From a bacterium (GTDB lineage Bacteria > Patescibacteriota > Patescibacteriia > JACQRZ01): a DNA stretch of 59,172 nt. This document shows, piece after piece, positions 1-9,096 of the stretch (the stretch's first letter is position 1; each line of letters starts with the position of its first letter). The position numbers and the translations under genes are program-made. The DNA lies in contig JAHFJA010000005.1 in the NCBI GenBank assembly GCA_023246095.1, forward strand, positions 1 to 59,172. Reading direction: 5' to 3'. Under the pieces are notes generated by a model. The model saw nothing but the letters and a program-made list of their open reading frames with translations. It searched no databases and was not told the origin of the DNA.

Positions 1-395
1 TTGCGTTGCTTCTGAAACACCTTCGTAACATATTTTGACATCATCATAACTGAAACAAGGTTTTGTTGTAAGGACTGTATCCATAGTGCGGAATCACCAT
101 CCCATTCGTCGCCTTCGATATACCCACCCGCATTATTTACCAGCACGTCGATCCTGCCAAACATGTCCATTGTTTCATCCACCACTTTCTTTGCGTCAGA
201 CTCGTTCATTAAATCTGCTTGAACCGTCAGTGCCTTCCTTCCCAAGTTGGTAATTTTATTTATTACACCTTCAGCGGCATGTTTATTGTTTCGATAGGTA
301 ATGACAATATCTGCGCCTTTTTCTGCAAATAACAATGCGGCGGTCATACCGATACCGCTTGAACCGCCGGTGATGAGGATTAGTTTATTGGCCAT
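1..395 (-). CDS. Short-chain dehydrogenase/reductase (SDR), truncated by window edge
   Basis: Manual translation from ATG at 395: MANKLILITGGSSGIGMTAALLFAEKGADIV...GRIDVLVNNAGG. Contains the TGxxxGIG and NNAG motifs. Runs off the left edge; absent from the ORF track. Confidence 0.9.
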   Translation of the reverse strand, partial: MANKLILITGGSSGIGMTAALLFAEKGADIVITYRNNKHAAEGVINKITNLGRKALTVQADLMNESDAKKVVDETMDMFGRIDVLVNNAGGYIEGDEWDGDSALWIQSLQQNLVSVMMMSKYVTKVFQKQR

Positions 396-513
396 AAAAA
401 TAAAACGCTTTGTGAAATCCCTGCTAAATATTTCGAGGGTGATCTGTACTGAGAATACTACTTCAAAATTCTCAAGATCGTCAATCATAGTCCTGCGATT
501 CATTCACCGAATC

Positions 514-538
514 AAAAAATACGCCCGAAGGGCGCATT
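514..538 (-). terminator. Intrinsic terminator after tRNA-Gln
   Basis: Minus strand AATGCGCCC-TTCG-GGCGTATTTTTT: stem with C(UUCG)G tetraloop followed by a U-tract. Confidence 0.8.
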
Positions 539-559
539 CCGACAGAATTGGTACTTAAG

Positions 560-630
560 CTGCGAGACATGGATTCGAACCATGATTCACGGCTTCAAAG
601 GCCGCTGTCCTACCATTAGACGATCTCGCA
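560..630 (-). tRNA. tRNA-Gln(UUG), CCA not encoded
   Basis: Cloverleaf TGCGAGA...TCTCGCA, anticodon arm GCGGC-CTTTGAA-GCCGT, T-loop TTCGAAT, U1-A72 pair typical of tRNA-Gln. Confidence 0.95.
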
Positions 631-641
631 TCAAGACATTC

Positions 642-1562
642 TTACACCTTCAAATACCGCCCTATCGCGAGAGCACTGCTTGCCATGTTTAATACAACAG
701 ACGCAAGTAGTTGATATCCAAAAATGGTAAAGAAATTGTTGCTGAAATACGCTAAAATGTCAAATGCCTGACCATCAAAATAGTTACTCGTGTAAGGCTG
801 CAAAACACCCAAAAGTGGATAAATAATGACAATAGTGAGGACAATGGCCACAAAACTATAAATCACACTCTCCAAGACCAATGGCGCACGTATATACCAA
901 TTACTTCCTCCGACCAACTTCATAATCCCAATCTCATCTTTACGAGTGTATATAGTGATACGAATAGTGTTGTATACGATTAATACCGCAATTGCACCAA
1001 AGAATAGGTTGATCACGAGCCCTACTTGTTTCACGCGTTCCTTCAGAGTATTGAGTTTACTAATTACAATACTTTTATCATTTAAATTAGTTTTCTCAAT
1101 AATATTTTCGTACTGACTTTGATTAAGCAGCTGCGTGATTGCAGGGTAATAGTGAATGTCCTTTGCTTTAATAAGCAAACTTGCAAACAAGGGATTTTCT
1201 TCAAATTGATCAAGGGATTCGGTAATTATCACATTACCCTCTTTTTCCTTTTTCGCACGAAAACGCTCAAACGCGCTTTGTTTTGAAATGTATTCTACAT
1301 TATCGACATATTCACTTTTTGCCACAACATCTCTTAACGCCAAAATACTTGGCTCTGGGGCTGAAGTTTTGAAGTTAACCGTAATGTTGACGCGCTGCTC
1401 AATCGCATGCATCGCGGTATCAACTAAAGCGTTTGTAAAGATAAAAAAATTCACCGACAAAAACGATAGCGTGATAATCGATATAGTAACAATTGAGAGC
1501 CAAAAATTTCGCCAAAAGTTTTGGAAAGCAAATTTTATGACGCGTATGATATTAACAAACAT
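642..1562 (-). CDS. ftsX: Cell division permease FtsX
   Basis: Four TM segments with a large extracellular loop; NTIRITIYTRKDEIGIMKLVGGSNWYIRAP motif; follows ftsE. Confidence 0.93.
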   Translation of the reverse strand: MFVNIIRVIKFAFQNFWRNFWLSIVTISIITLSFLSVNFFIFTNALVDTAMHAIEQRVNITVNFKTSAPEPSILALRDVVAKSEYVDNVEYISKQSAFERFRAKKEKEGNVIITESLDQFEENPLFASLLIKAKDIHYYPAITQLLNQSQYENIIEKTNLNDKSIVISKLNTLKERVKQVGLVINLFFGAIAVLIVYNTIRITIYTRKDEIGIMKLVGGSNWYIRAPLVLESVIYSFVAIVLTIVIIYPLLGVLQPYTSNYFDGQAFDILAYFSNNFFTIFGYQLLASVVLNMASSALAIGRYLKV

Positions 1563-1565
1563 AAT

Positions 1566-2246
1566 TTACAAAATGTATTTTCCTCCTTCTTTATCTGCAA
1601 CGATCGCCCCCCCCTCTACGGTGATCACTCGTTTTTTCAACATATTTACTATATCACGATTATGCGTGACAAATAAGAGCGTAGTTCCAAATTCATTGAT
1701 CTTGGTCAGTAGATCGACAATACTTTTTGCAGTAATAGCATCCAAATCGCCCGTTGGTTCATCGGCTATCAAAATTTTTGGACGATGGACTAAAGCTCTT
1801 GCAATCGCAACACGCTGTTGCTCTCCTCCCGAAAGTTGACGCGGGTAACGATGATTTTTTTCCTCAAGACCAACGATCTTCAGAACTTGTGGGACAACCG
1901 TCTTGATACGCGACATCGGTGCTCCACAAACTTCCAATGCAAACGCTACGTTTTCAAATACTGTTTTCTTAGGAAGAAGTTTAAAATCCTGAAAAATAAC
2001 ACCGATTTGACGACGCAAAAGAGGAATGTCTCTTCGATGTATTTTTGTAATATCCCAATCACCAATAATAATTCTCCCTTTAGTAGGACGTTCTTCGGCA
2101 GTGAGCATTTTTGCAAGAGTGGTCTTCCCTGCCCCACTTTGTCCGACAATGAAAACAAATTCCCCTTGACTAATATTAATATCTATCTCTTTCAGAGCAG
2201 GAGCATTTGGGGGATAGATTTTTGTTACATTTTCGAAACGAATCAT
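1566..2246 (-). CDS. ftsE: Cell division ATP-binding protein FtsE
   Basis: Walker A GQSGAGKT, LSGGEQQRV signature, ILIADEPTG; IGVIFQDFKLL; adjacent to ftsX. Confidence 0.95.
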   Translation of the reverse strand: MIRFENVTKIYPPNAPALKEIDINISQGEFVFIVGQSGAGKTTLAKMLTAEERPTKGRIIIGDWDITKIHRRDIPLLRRQIGVIFQDFKLLPKKTVFENVAFALEVCGAPMSRIKTVVPQVLKIVGLEEKNHRYPRQLSGGEQQRVAIARALVHRPKILIADEPTGDLDAITAKSIVDLLTKINEFGTTLLFVTHNRDIVNMLKKRVITVEGGAIVADKEGGKYIL

Positions 2247-2258
2247 AGGAATATCGAT

Positions 2259-2984
2259 TTAAAAAAGTTTTTCAATACGTACATTTGCAAGACCATCCTC
2301 GAGCTTTGCAATCTTCAAAAATGAATTTTTTACCAGGTCGATCACTCGCTTTTTGTTTGGGTTCACCCATGTGGATGTCGTAACAACAACAGTAGATGTG
2401 TCATTTAAGGTGTTGGTAACTTTCAGACGCGTACCGACAGGATATAAATCCGTTGCAGCACCCTCAGGAAATCGTTTATCAGCATACCAACTAGCTACCC
2501 CCTCGTGCATCGCGTTCTCTTCAACAAATACCCCAATGCGTGCGTACGCGAGATGGATATCGGTTTCAACTGTCTTGCTAATCCTATTCATAGTACCTGG
2601 TAATGCAGTCCACTTCTCCTGTTTCCCATTCCAAAAATAGAGCCGCGGGCGATATCCCCTATCATCAGAATAATGCGCCAAAATATGAATGGGGACACTA
2701 GAATCATACAAAGCATCATCATCAATATCGAATTGACATATAGGACTGACTAGTGTCAGTTCAGAAAAATTATTCAAGATCCCTTCATTAACAGTGGATA
2801 TGACGCTGACATGTACACGATCGGACAGCGAGGTAGGCAGTGAAATATCTAATCCGCAATCTGAGCTCTTTACTGCGGAGTAAGTAGGCTTTTCAGGAAT
2901 CTTCTGCTCTTTTGCATGGACTGCAGGCGCAAGAAAAAATAGCACCCCTACAATTAATCCTAAGTTCCAGCGACTGTTGATCAT
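2259..2984 (-). CDS. Secreted protein with C-terminal RlpA-like double-psi beta-barrel (putative lytic transglycosylase)
   Basis: Signal peptide ending AVHA; C-terminal GVASWY...PVGTRLKVTN...RVIDL pattern of the RlpA family. Confidence 0.75.
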   Translation of the reverse strand: MINSRWNLGLIVGVLFFLAPAVHAKEQKIPEKPTYSAVKSSDCGLDISLPTSLSDRVHVSVISTVNEGILNNFSELTLVSPICQFDIDDDALYDSSVPIHILAHYSDDRGYRPRLYFWNGKQEKWTALPGTMNRISKTVETDIHLAYARIGVFVEENAMHEGVASWYADKRFPEGAATDLYPVGTRLKVTNTLNDTSTVVVTTSTWVNPNKKRVIDLVKNSFLKIAKLEDGLANVRIEKLF

Positions 2985-3029
2985 TTTGTTGCTTTGAGCT
3001 AATATAATGCGTGTTACCGTTCGTTCCGT

Positions 3030-3103
3030 GCGGGATTAGTTGAATGGTACAACGCGACCTTCCCAAGGTTGAGGCACGGGTCCGATTCCCGTATCCCGCT
3101 CCA
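3030..3103 (+). tRNA. tRNA-Gly(CCC), CCA encoded
   Basis: Acceptor stem GCGGGAT/ATCCCGC followed by TCCA; anticodon loop TTCCCAA; T-loop TCCGATT. Confidence 0.93.
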
Positions 3104-3108
3104 TATAT

Positions 3109-3181
3109 GCCGATGTAGCTCAGTTGGTAGAGCAGTGCTTTCGTAAAGCAAAGGTCGTGGGTTCGACTCCCACCATCGGCT
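3109..3181 (+). tRNA. tRNA-Thr(CGU), CCA not encoded
   Basis: Acceptor stem GCCGATG/CATCGGC, D-arm GCTC/GAGC, anticodon loop TTCGTAA, T-loop TTCGACT. Confidence 0.95.
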
Positions 3182-3199
3182 TATCCGATAATCAGCATA

Positions 3200-3712
3200 T
3201 CATTTTTTTGAGTCTGTCACAAAAAAGTAATCCCACCACTTTTCGGGATTACTTTTTTCTTTTGATTTTTCCGCGGGTGTACCTAAAGACGAGCCATTTG
3301 ATGCAACAGTATTCGAAGATGTCTTGGTAGATGGTTGATTTTCACTGTTTACATCGCCCGAACCCACAGGCTGACCTTCCGCATCCTTTCCTGTCAAAAC
3401 GACAACTTCTTCCCCTGGACGTTGCATGCCCAATTTTAGGCGAGCTTCTTTTTCAGCGAAAAAATCCGTTTCCAAAAACTGATTTAATTCTTGTAAACTG
3501 CCTTGAGTATGTTGCAAATCCGCAACTTGTTTTTCGAATGTCTGGATATCCTGTTCAGTTTGATGTCGTTTTATGGCCACTTGCGCTGTTTGATATGCAA
3601 AAAAGAGCACAAGTACACCAATACTATACATTGCAATTTTTGAAGATATCAAATTTCGCGGATGTTTTACGTATTGTATTACACGACCGATTATGGAGGG
3701 AATATATTTCAT
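3200..3712 (-). CDS. ftsB: Septum formation initiator FtsB/DivIC family protein
   Basis: Single TM segment, coiled coil, then EKEARLKLGMQRPGEEVVV (E..AR..LG...PGE motif). Confidence 0.8.
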   Translation of the reverse strand: MKYIPSIIGRVIQYVKHPRNLISSKIAMYSIGVLVLFFAYQTAQVAIKRHQTEQDIQTFEKQVADLQHTQGSLQELNQFLETDFFAEKEARLKLGMQRPGEEVVVLTGKDAEGQPVGSGDVNSENQPSTKTSSNTVASNGSSLGTPAEKSKEKSNPEKWWDYFFVTDSKK

Positions 3713-3715
3713 ACA

Positions 3716-4345
3716 TTATGATCGCATACGATCCCAATATTCATCCAAGGACGGTGGTGACTCTTTCGGTTTCGCCTGATCAGGAATTGGGATTTGTTGC
3801 CGCGTAAATGACGTATTACTCTCTCGCTGAGATATGCCAGAAGTTGGTTCAGAAGATGCAAACGTTGTCCGAGATGCAATGACTTCTAACAAATGCTGGG
3901 GATGAATTATATGCTCAATTACAAACGGACTCACTGAAGATTTTAGCATACATTCGACACTTCCGATATCCCGGGCGGTGTTCATTAATCCCTTTTTTTG
4001 ATATTGACCATGAAGGATCTCCTTATAAGCAATTTCTCGCACTTTTTTTGTCCAGAAACCGGTACGTTCAATAATTATAATACGGGCAGTGCTTGCAACA
4101 CAGATACTGCCCATCCATTTAATAACTGCTCGCCAGCCCAAAATGACACAAAAAATAAAAAATAAAAAAAACACCCCGACTCCCCATGGTCCAGCCCTAA
4201 ATAACGGTGTAATGAAAAAAAAGAGTACCAGTATTCCCGGCACAGCAATGAATAACGTACGAACCATCGGGCTATTGCTCATTCGAAAGATTTCCACAAC
4301 ATCCTCGTGGTCGTCAAACGTCAGATTTTCCAACAATGAAGGCAT
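3716..4345 (-). CDS. Membrane protein with bacterial PH-like domain
   Basis: Two TM helices followed by TARIIIIERTGFWTKKVREIAYKEI...GSV, the bPH_2-type pattern. Confidence 0.65.
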   Translation of the reverse strand: MPSLLENLTFDDHEDVVEIFRMSNSPMVRTLFIAVPGILVLFFFITPLFRAGPWGVGVFFLFFIFCVILGWRAVIKWMGSICVASTARIIIIERTGFWTKKVREIAYKEILHGQYQKKGLMNTARDIGSVECMLKSSVSPFVIEHIIHPQHLLEVIASRTTFASSEPTSGISQRESNTSFTRQQIPIPDQAKPKESPPSLDEYWDRMRS

Positions 4346-4352
4346 ATACCAT

Positions 4353-4361
4353 AGTATAGCA
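4353..4361 (-). promoter_or_regulatory. Extended -10 promoter (TGcTATACT) directly before the 4345 start
   Basis: Minus strand GTGCTATACT-atggtat-ATG. Confidence 0.55.
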
Positions 4362-4380
4362 CGCCAAAATCCCTATTTCC

Positions 4381-5058
4381 TTATATGCCGTTGAGTTTGT
4401 TTATCAACACTTTTTTCGGTCCTTCAAGGACAGTAAACAAGAAACGATCTGTCACGCTTTTGCGTAATTTGAACTCTTCGATTGTCATTGATGTATATTT
4501 CAATTCTCGCTCGAGTTCGTTTTCCACTCTCTTGAGAGTAGTCTCCCATAGTGCTTTATCGACCTGACCAATAAGAAGAATGTCAATAGGCGAATCAGTG
4601 ACGCCAACAAAAAAACCTGATAAAAGTGCGTATTCGATGGTTCCCATTTGGTGAATAACCCGAGAAAGGTCCCTCTCTACGATCAATGGACTTTTATCAA
4701 ACAATGATTTGAGTTCTTTAAAAAGCACAAAATCAGAGTCCGCACGATAATACTTTTTTATCTGCTTATCACTTTTATCTTCTACTACGTCTTCAATGGG
4801 TTCTTTTCCGCCAAACAACATTCTCGACGTACGCGCCGGATCATCTTGTTCTTTGGTCTTTTTCGCCTCCTCTTCCGTAACAGTCACAATTAGTCCACAA
4901 TCTTCCAGATTGGTAAGTTCGCGTCGCACCGAGTTAATCTGAGTATCTATCACGCGGGTCAACTCGCGGATATAAAATGCTTGGCGCGGATTAGTCAAAA
5001 AAAGCTTTAAAAGCTTTGTTCTCGTACGTGATCCAAATATTTGTTCAAGCATGTTCAT
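4381..5058 (-). CDS. Winged-HTH plus minimal nucleotidyltransferase-like domain protein
   Basis: N-terminal FGSRTRTKLLKLF...YIRELTR...NSVRRELTNLE (ArsR-like wHTH); C-terminal LSGFFVG..DSPIDILLIG (polymerase-beta-like). Confidence 0.7.
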   Translation of the reverse strand: MNMLEQIFGSRTRTKLLKLFLTNPRQAFYIRELTRVIDTQINSVRRELTNLEDCGLIVTVTEEEAKKTKEQDDPARTSRMLFGGKEPIEDVVEDKSDKQIKKYYRADSDFVLFKELKSLFDKSPLIVERDLSRVIHQMGTIEYALLSGFFVGVTDSPIDILLIGQVDKALWETTLKRVENELERELKYTSMTIEEFKLRKSVTDRFLFTVLEGPKKVLINKLNGI

Positions 5059-5169
5059 ATGTCTTTAGGGTCAATCATCTCTTGAGTAAATGTATGAAGC
5101 GGGTCTTTATTGCAATTAATCGTTCCTATAGTATACTGATTCTTGAAATCCGTAAATAGTACCCGCGGT

Positions 5170-7500
5170 ATGACTAAGAAAACCAGACCTTCGATCGCGA
5201 AAATATCGATACCAGGAACACAAAGCGATGAACTCTGCTACGTATTTGCAGAGCGGCTCGACGAACGTAATCCGCAGTCGGATACAGTGTTCGGTATTTT
5301 TCAAATCCGCTCATCAAGCGAAGCATACCAAACGATAATAGAACGTATCGTCAAACATATTCTTGACTTCTATTATCGTGCGCAAGAAAATAATTCGAAT
5401 GCTAACTCGGAGAATGCCGTTGGTGCCTCAGAATTTCTTTTTGAAAATGCTCTGCAATACGCGAACGACCATGTTGTAAGCATGATTGAAGAAATGCAAG
5501 ACGCACTTACAGGTCGTACGCTCATCGATCGTACACGCATTTCCTTGTTGATTGGTGTAATTTCAGGAGAAGATCTCTTCCTAACAAGCACCGGCAACGC
5601 TGTGAAGGCCTATATGCTGTATCCTGTTTCACGTAACGGAACATTTTCCCACTACTCGGCTATATCAGTGACCGATGAACAAAACCAAGAACGATCACCC
5701 GATGCAAAAAAGTTATTTACTAACGTTATCGCAGGAACATTTTCTATTCCTGGAAGCACATTAGTAGTATGCAATGCACGATTCAATGACTATATTCCTA
5801 TTGACCAGATAAAGCAGATCATATCAAGTTACCCTTTCGATCATGTCACTAAATACCTGTATAACTTATTAGGAAAGGCAAATGAAAACACTGACTTCAA
5901 TGCCTTATTTCTTTCTCTTCAAGAGTCAGATTTTTCGGAACTTAAAGGATCCCATCGTCAAACCCGTTCCGATGATTCAATCAATGAATTAGTTGAGCAA
6001 CAAAAAAATACTCAGAGTATTTTATCCCCTGCAGTTGTCAGTCACATGAAAGAACAGGTGGAGCACTTTGTTGTACACAGCATTATAAAACCAGCTCAAT
6101 CACTTCGAAACAGCCTAAAAAAAGTTGATTATCAAAAACATGCCAAGACATTAAAAGGTTGGAGTAAACACATGTCGATAACAGCGAAAAAGAGCGTCGG
6201 CGTTGTCAAAAAAAACTATAAAAATCCACTCCCAGCGGTTAAGCGAATCAACATCCCAAAACGATTTGACGTATCTAGCATCAAAAAAATAATTTTACCC
6301 TCAATCAAAAAAATTACACACTTCTATGCAAAACTACGCGAACAAGGGCCCACATATTTTATAGATTGGTTTAAAGGACTTTCAATGTTATCGAAGGGTC
6401 TCTTTGCTCTCGCTGTTATATTTATCTTCTTATTTGCAAGCAGTATCATTACTCTCAACAAAAAACACGGTCAACAGACAGAGGATCAAGTATATACAGC
6501 ACAATTCAACGCGGTGGAACAAAAAATCAACCAAGCTGAATCTAGTATGATTTTTGAAGACGAGGCACGCGCCATAGCATTATTATCTGAGGCCCAAACA
6601 TCATTGTCATCGCTTCCTCGTGATTCAGCTGACCATATTGCTGCTTCAGATGCGTTAAGCCTGCGTATCAACCAATCAAACCAAAAGATACATAAAGTAT
6701 ATCCTGTCACACAGACGGAGATTACTAATTTGAGCAACCAGATTCCAACACTCGACTCAATCAACTTTGTGGCATCCCCAAACACTGTGCTTGTTTACAA
6801 CAACGAGAGCATTTATGTGCTATCTCGCCAAAATGGGACAGTGACCCAATTAAATACTCAAGCAAAAATTCCTAGCATTGGATGCTCAGCCGCTCTCTCC
6901 GATGATTTATTTTACTTTTGCAGTAAGGAAGGTGATCGGTTATATGAAGTCAACATAAAGACCAAAGAAACCAAACAGATTTCAATAAAACTTTTCCCAA
7001 AGGAAACCTTAAAGGCTATCACTTTCTTTAATAACAGACTCTATGTTCTTGACACGACAACAAATACTATATTCCGTCACAGTAAATCAAAAGACGGATT
7101 TGGGACTCCCATTCAGTGGTTCGCTGGAACATCGACTGCGTCCTTAACGGATGGTCGACAAATAATTATCGATGGGACTGCCTTCGTTTTGAAAAATGGA
7201 GCAGAATTGATGCGAATAGCTTCAAATAGAACGTCTACACTGTCGTTTGCAAAAATTGAGCCAAAAATTGACACAGCTCAATCATTCTGGGTGGCGGAAG
7301 AATCAAATTATCTTTACCTTCTCGACACACCAAACAAACGTATCCTCGTCGTGGACAAATCAACAACTAAACTAGTGGCGCAATTAACTTCTGACATTTT
7401 TGCACAGGCACGATCTTTCAGTGTCATTGAGAAAAAGAAAGAGATCCTTGTACTCACCCCTACCGCTATCGTAAGCATTCCACTCCCGTTTCTTAAATAG
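5170..7500 (+). CDS. Large bitopic hypothetical protein (cytoplasmic N-domain, one TM, helical region, C-terminal beta-propeller-like region)
   Basis: Long ORF; TM segment GLFALAVIFIFLFASSIITL; beta-rich repeats near the C-terminus. ATG at 5170 preferred over the TTG at 5143. Confidence 0.6.
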   Translation: MTKKTRPSIAKISIPGTQSDELCYVFAERLDERNPQSDTVFGIFQIRSSSEAYQTIIERIVKHILDFYYRAQENNSNANSENAVGASEFLFENALQYANDHVVSMIEEMQDALTGRTLIDRTRISLLIGVISGEDLFLTSTGNAVKAYMLYPVSRNGTFSHYSAISVTDEQNQERSPDAKKLFTNVIAGTFSIPGSTLVVCNARFNDYIPIDQIKQIISSYPFDHVTKYLYNLLGKANENTDFNALFLSLQESDFSELKGSHRQTRSDDSINELVEQQKNTQSILSPAVVSHMKEQVEHFVVHSIIKPAQSLRNSLKKVDYQKHAKTLKGWSKHMSITAKKSVGVVKKNYKNPLPAVKRINIPKRFDVSSIKKIILPSIKKITHFYAKLREQGPTYFIDWFKGLSMLSKGLFALAVIFIFLFASSIITLNKKHGQQTEDQVYTAQFNAVEQKINQAESSMIFEDEARAIALLSEAQTSLSSLPRDSADHIAASDALSLRINQSNQKIHKVYPVTQTEITNLSNQIPTLDSINFVASPNTVLVYNNESIYVLSRQNGTVTQLNTQAKIPSIGCSAALSDDLFYFCSKEGDRLYEVNIKTKETKQISIKLFPKETLKAITFFNNRLYVLDTTTNTIFRHSKSKDGFGTPIQWFAGTSTASLTDGRQIIIDGTAFVLKNGAELMRIASNRTSTLSFAKIEPKIDTAQSFWVAEESNYLYLLDTPNKRILVVDKSTTKLVAQLTSDIFAQARSFSVIEKKKEILVLTPTAIVSIPLPFLK

Positions 7501-7592
7501 TGTTATGCACAGTGTACGAATTATTATTCATAGATGCTTATGGTATACTATATTGTAATTATGCTTGTCTAATTATTTAAGTTCACAAAACC

Positions 7593-7919
7593 ATGCTTAG
7601 TCGAAAATCGAAACAACAGCCGATTACATCGCTGTTCAATGCTGTTTTGCTCCTTTATCTAGTCGTCCGCGGTACTCTATCAATGCTCTCTCAGCCAGCT
7701 ACAGACATAACCAATACGTACCTCAACTTATTACTCTCAAGCTATCCTACCATTGGATTCCTTGCAATGATCGTAGTTGCGCTCGCAATTGTGTTGTGGG
7801 GTGCGGAATTACTTAGAATGTTTTGGAATTTCTTCATGGTAAGTATGTTCAAATTGCGACAACTTACATTTCAAGAGGCGCTTGCTATCATTTTAATGAT
7901 TACCGTGATTCTCAAATAG
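7593..7919 (+). CDS. Small hypothetical membrane protein (about 3 TM)
   Basis: Hydrophobic ORF preceded by a TGgTATACT extended -10 and followed by a bidirectional terminator. Confidence 0.6.
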   Translation: MLSRKSKQQPITSLFNAVLLLYLVVRGTLSMLSQPATDITNTYLNLLLSSYPTIGFLAMIVVALAIVLWGAELLRMFWNFFMVSMFKLRQLTFQEALAIILMITVILK

Positions 7920-7941
7920 TAAGTAAAAACATTGTCATAAT

Positions 7942-7975
7942 AAAAAAGCCTCCGCTTAACCGAGAAGGCTTTTTT
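7942..7975. terminator. Bidirectional intrinsic terminator between 7593 ORF and rplL
   Basis: AAAAAAGCCT...AGGCTTTTTT inverted repeat between convergent genes. Confidence 0.85.
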
Positions 7976-7987
7976 ATTATAGTAACT

Positions 7988-8395
7988 TTACTTGATTGTT
8001 ACCTTTGCACCTGCTTCTTCAAGCTTTTTCTTGATTTCTTCACTTTCTGCTTTAGATACACCTTCCTTCACTACCTTTGGAGCAGCGTCAACAAGATCTT
8101 TTGCTTCCTTAAGTCCAAGTGCGGTAATTTCACGTACCACCTTAATAACAGCAATTTTCGTTGCACCTGAATCAGTAATCTCAACATCAAATGCTGTTTT
8201 CTCTTCTGCTGCCTCTGCTGGTCCTGCTGCTGGTCCTGCCATCATCATTCCCATAGGAGCTGAAGCTGATACGCCAAACTTTTCTTCAAGAACTTTAACG
8301 AGTTCAGCCAAATCAAGAACAGAAAGTTGTTCGATTTTAGAAACAAGATCTTTGAACTTCTCTGGAACTTCAACTGCTTTTTTTTCTTCGTCCAT
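7988..8395 (-). CDS. rplL: 50S ribosomal protein L7/L12
   Basis: [11 protein letters not shown]...[24 protein letters not shown]...KLEEAGAKV. Confidence 0.99.
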   Translation of the reverse strand: MDEEKKAVEVPEKFKDLVSKIEQLSVLDLAELVKVLEEKFGVSASAPMGMMMAGPAAGPAEAAEEKTAFDVEITDSGATKIAVIKVVREITALGLKEAKDLVDAAPKVVKEGVSKAESEEIKKKLEEAGAKVTIK

Positions 8396-8426
8396 ACTAT
8401 GTTTGATTAATTTAAATTAAAATCCT

Positions 8427-8966
8427 CTATGCTCCCTTTTCACTCATTGCTTTAAATACGGTCACCAGGCCACGCAGATTACCCGCGAGAACAGTAACCA
8501 TACCAGAAATGGGTCGTTGTATTGTTCCCACCAACTTGGCACGAAGCTCATCTTTTGATGGCAATAGTGACAGCTGTGTAAGTGCGGCAGCGTCCATATA
8601 TCGTGAACCTGCTTTCTCTGACATAAGCAACCCTGCCTTCATACTAAATCCGTCATGTTCTTTGCCAAACTTTGCAAAGAGTCGAGCAGGCGCTACTTCG
8701 TCAGTCATACTGAATGCCGCTGCAAGCTCCCCCTCAAGAGTTCGGGGGGTCAGTTCAGTAATACCGGCATTCTCAAAGGCTTTTGCAAACAATGTTTTTT
8801 TTGCCACAAGACAGTGAATCTGGGCTGCATCACATTGCACGCGCAAGTCGTCGGCATCTTTGACCGTCAATCCCTTCATGTCGATAAACACAATCGACTT
8901 GCTGTTAGGAATGTACTCTCCGACGCGAGTCAGGACGGCCTCCTTTTTTGCTCGAGTTGTTGCCAT
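8427..8966 (-). CDS. rplJ: 50S ribosomal protein L10
   Basis: GLTV...LR...VAKKTL...LSLLPSKDELRAKLVG; lies directly upstream of rplL. Confidence 0.97.
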   Translation of the reverse strand: MATTRAKKEAVLTRVGEYIPNSKSIVFIDMKGLTVKDADDLRVQCDAAQIHCLVAKKTLFAKAFENAGITELTPRTLEGELAAAFSMTDEVAPARLFAKFGKEHDGFSMKAGLLMSEKAGSRYMDAAALTQLSLLPSKDELRAKLVGTIQRPISGMVTVLAGNLRGLVTVFKAMSEKGA

Positions 8967-8976
8967 AAAAAATAAT

Positions 8977-9090
8977 TAAAAAAACTGTGGTACGATCCAC
9001 AGGAATATCTCCTAAAATAGAGAAAGTAGTACCCTGCTACAGACAAGATAATCTTGCTTCGGACAAGACGTCTATAGGTCTTTGGATCGT
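8977..9090 (-). ncRNA. L10 leader (rplJL autoregulatory RNA) with attenuator
   Basis: Transcript AAGAC-C-UAUAGAC...GUCUGUAG-C-AGGGU resembles the L10-leader core. It is followed by terminator CUGUGG-AUCGUA-CCACAG-U8 just before the ATG. The 5' ACGAUCCA is complementary to UGGAUCGU inside the terminator. Confidence 0.75.
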
Positions 9091-9096
9091 TTGAAT

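Noticed and set aside
396-559. Genomic-island attachment site at the tRNA-Gln 3' end
   Set aside because: No integrase, and no duplicated tRNA 3' fragment in the window; the region holds a normal terminator.
7503-7511. DnaA box TTATGCACA
   Set aside because: A single box with no cluster or unwinding element; expected by chance in 59 kb.
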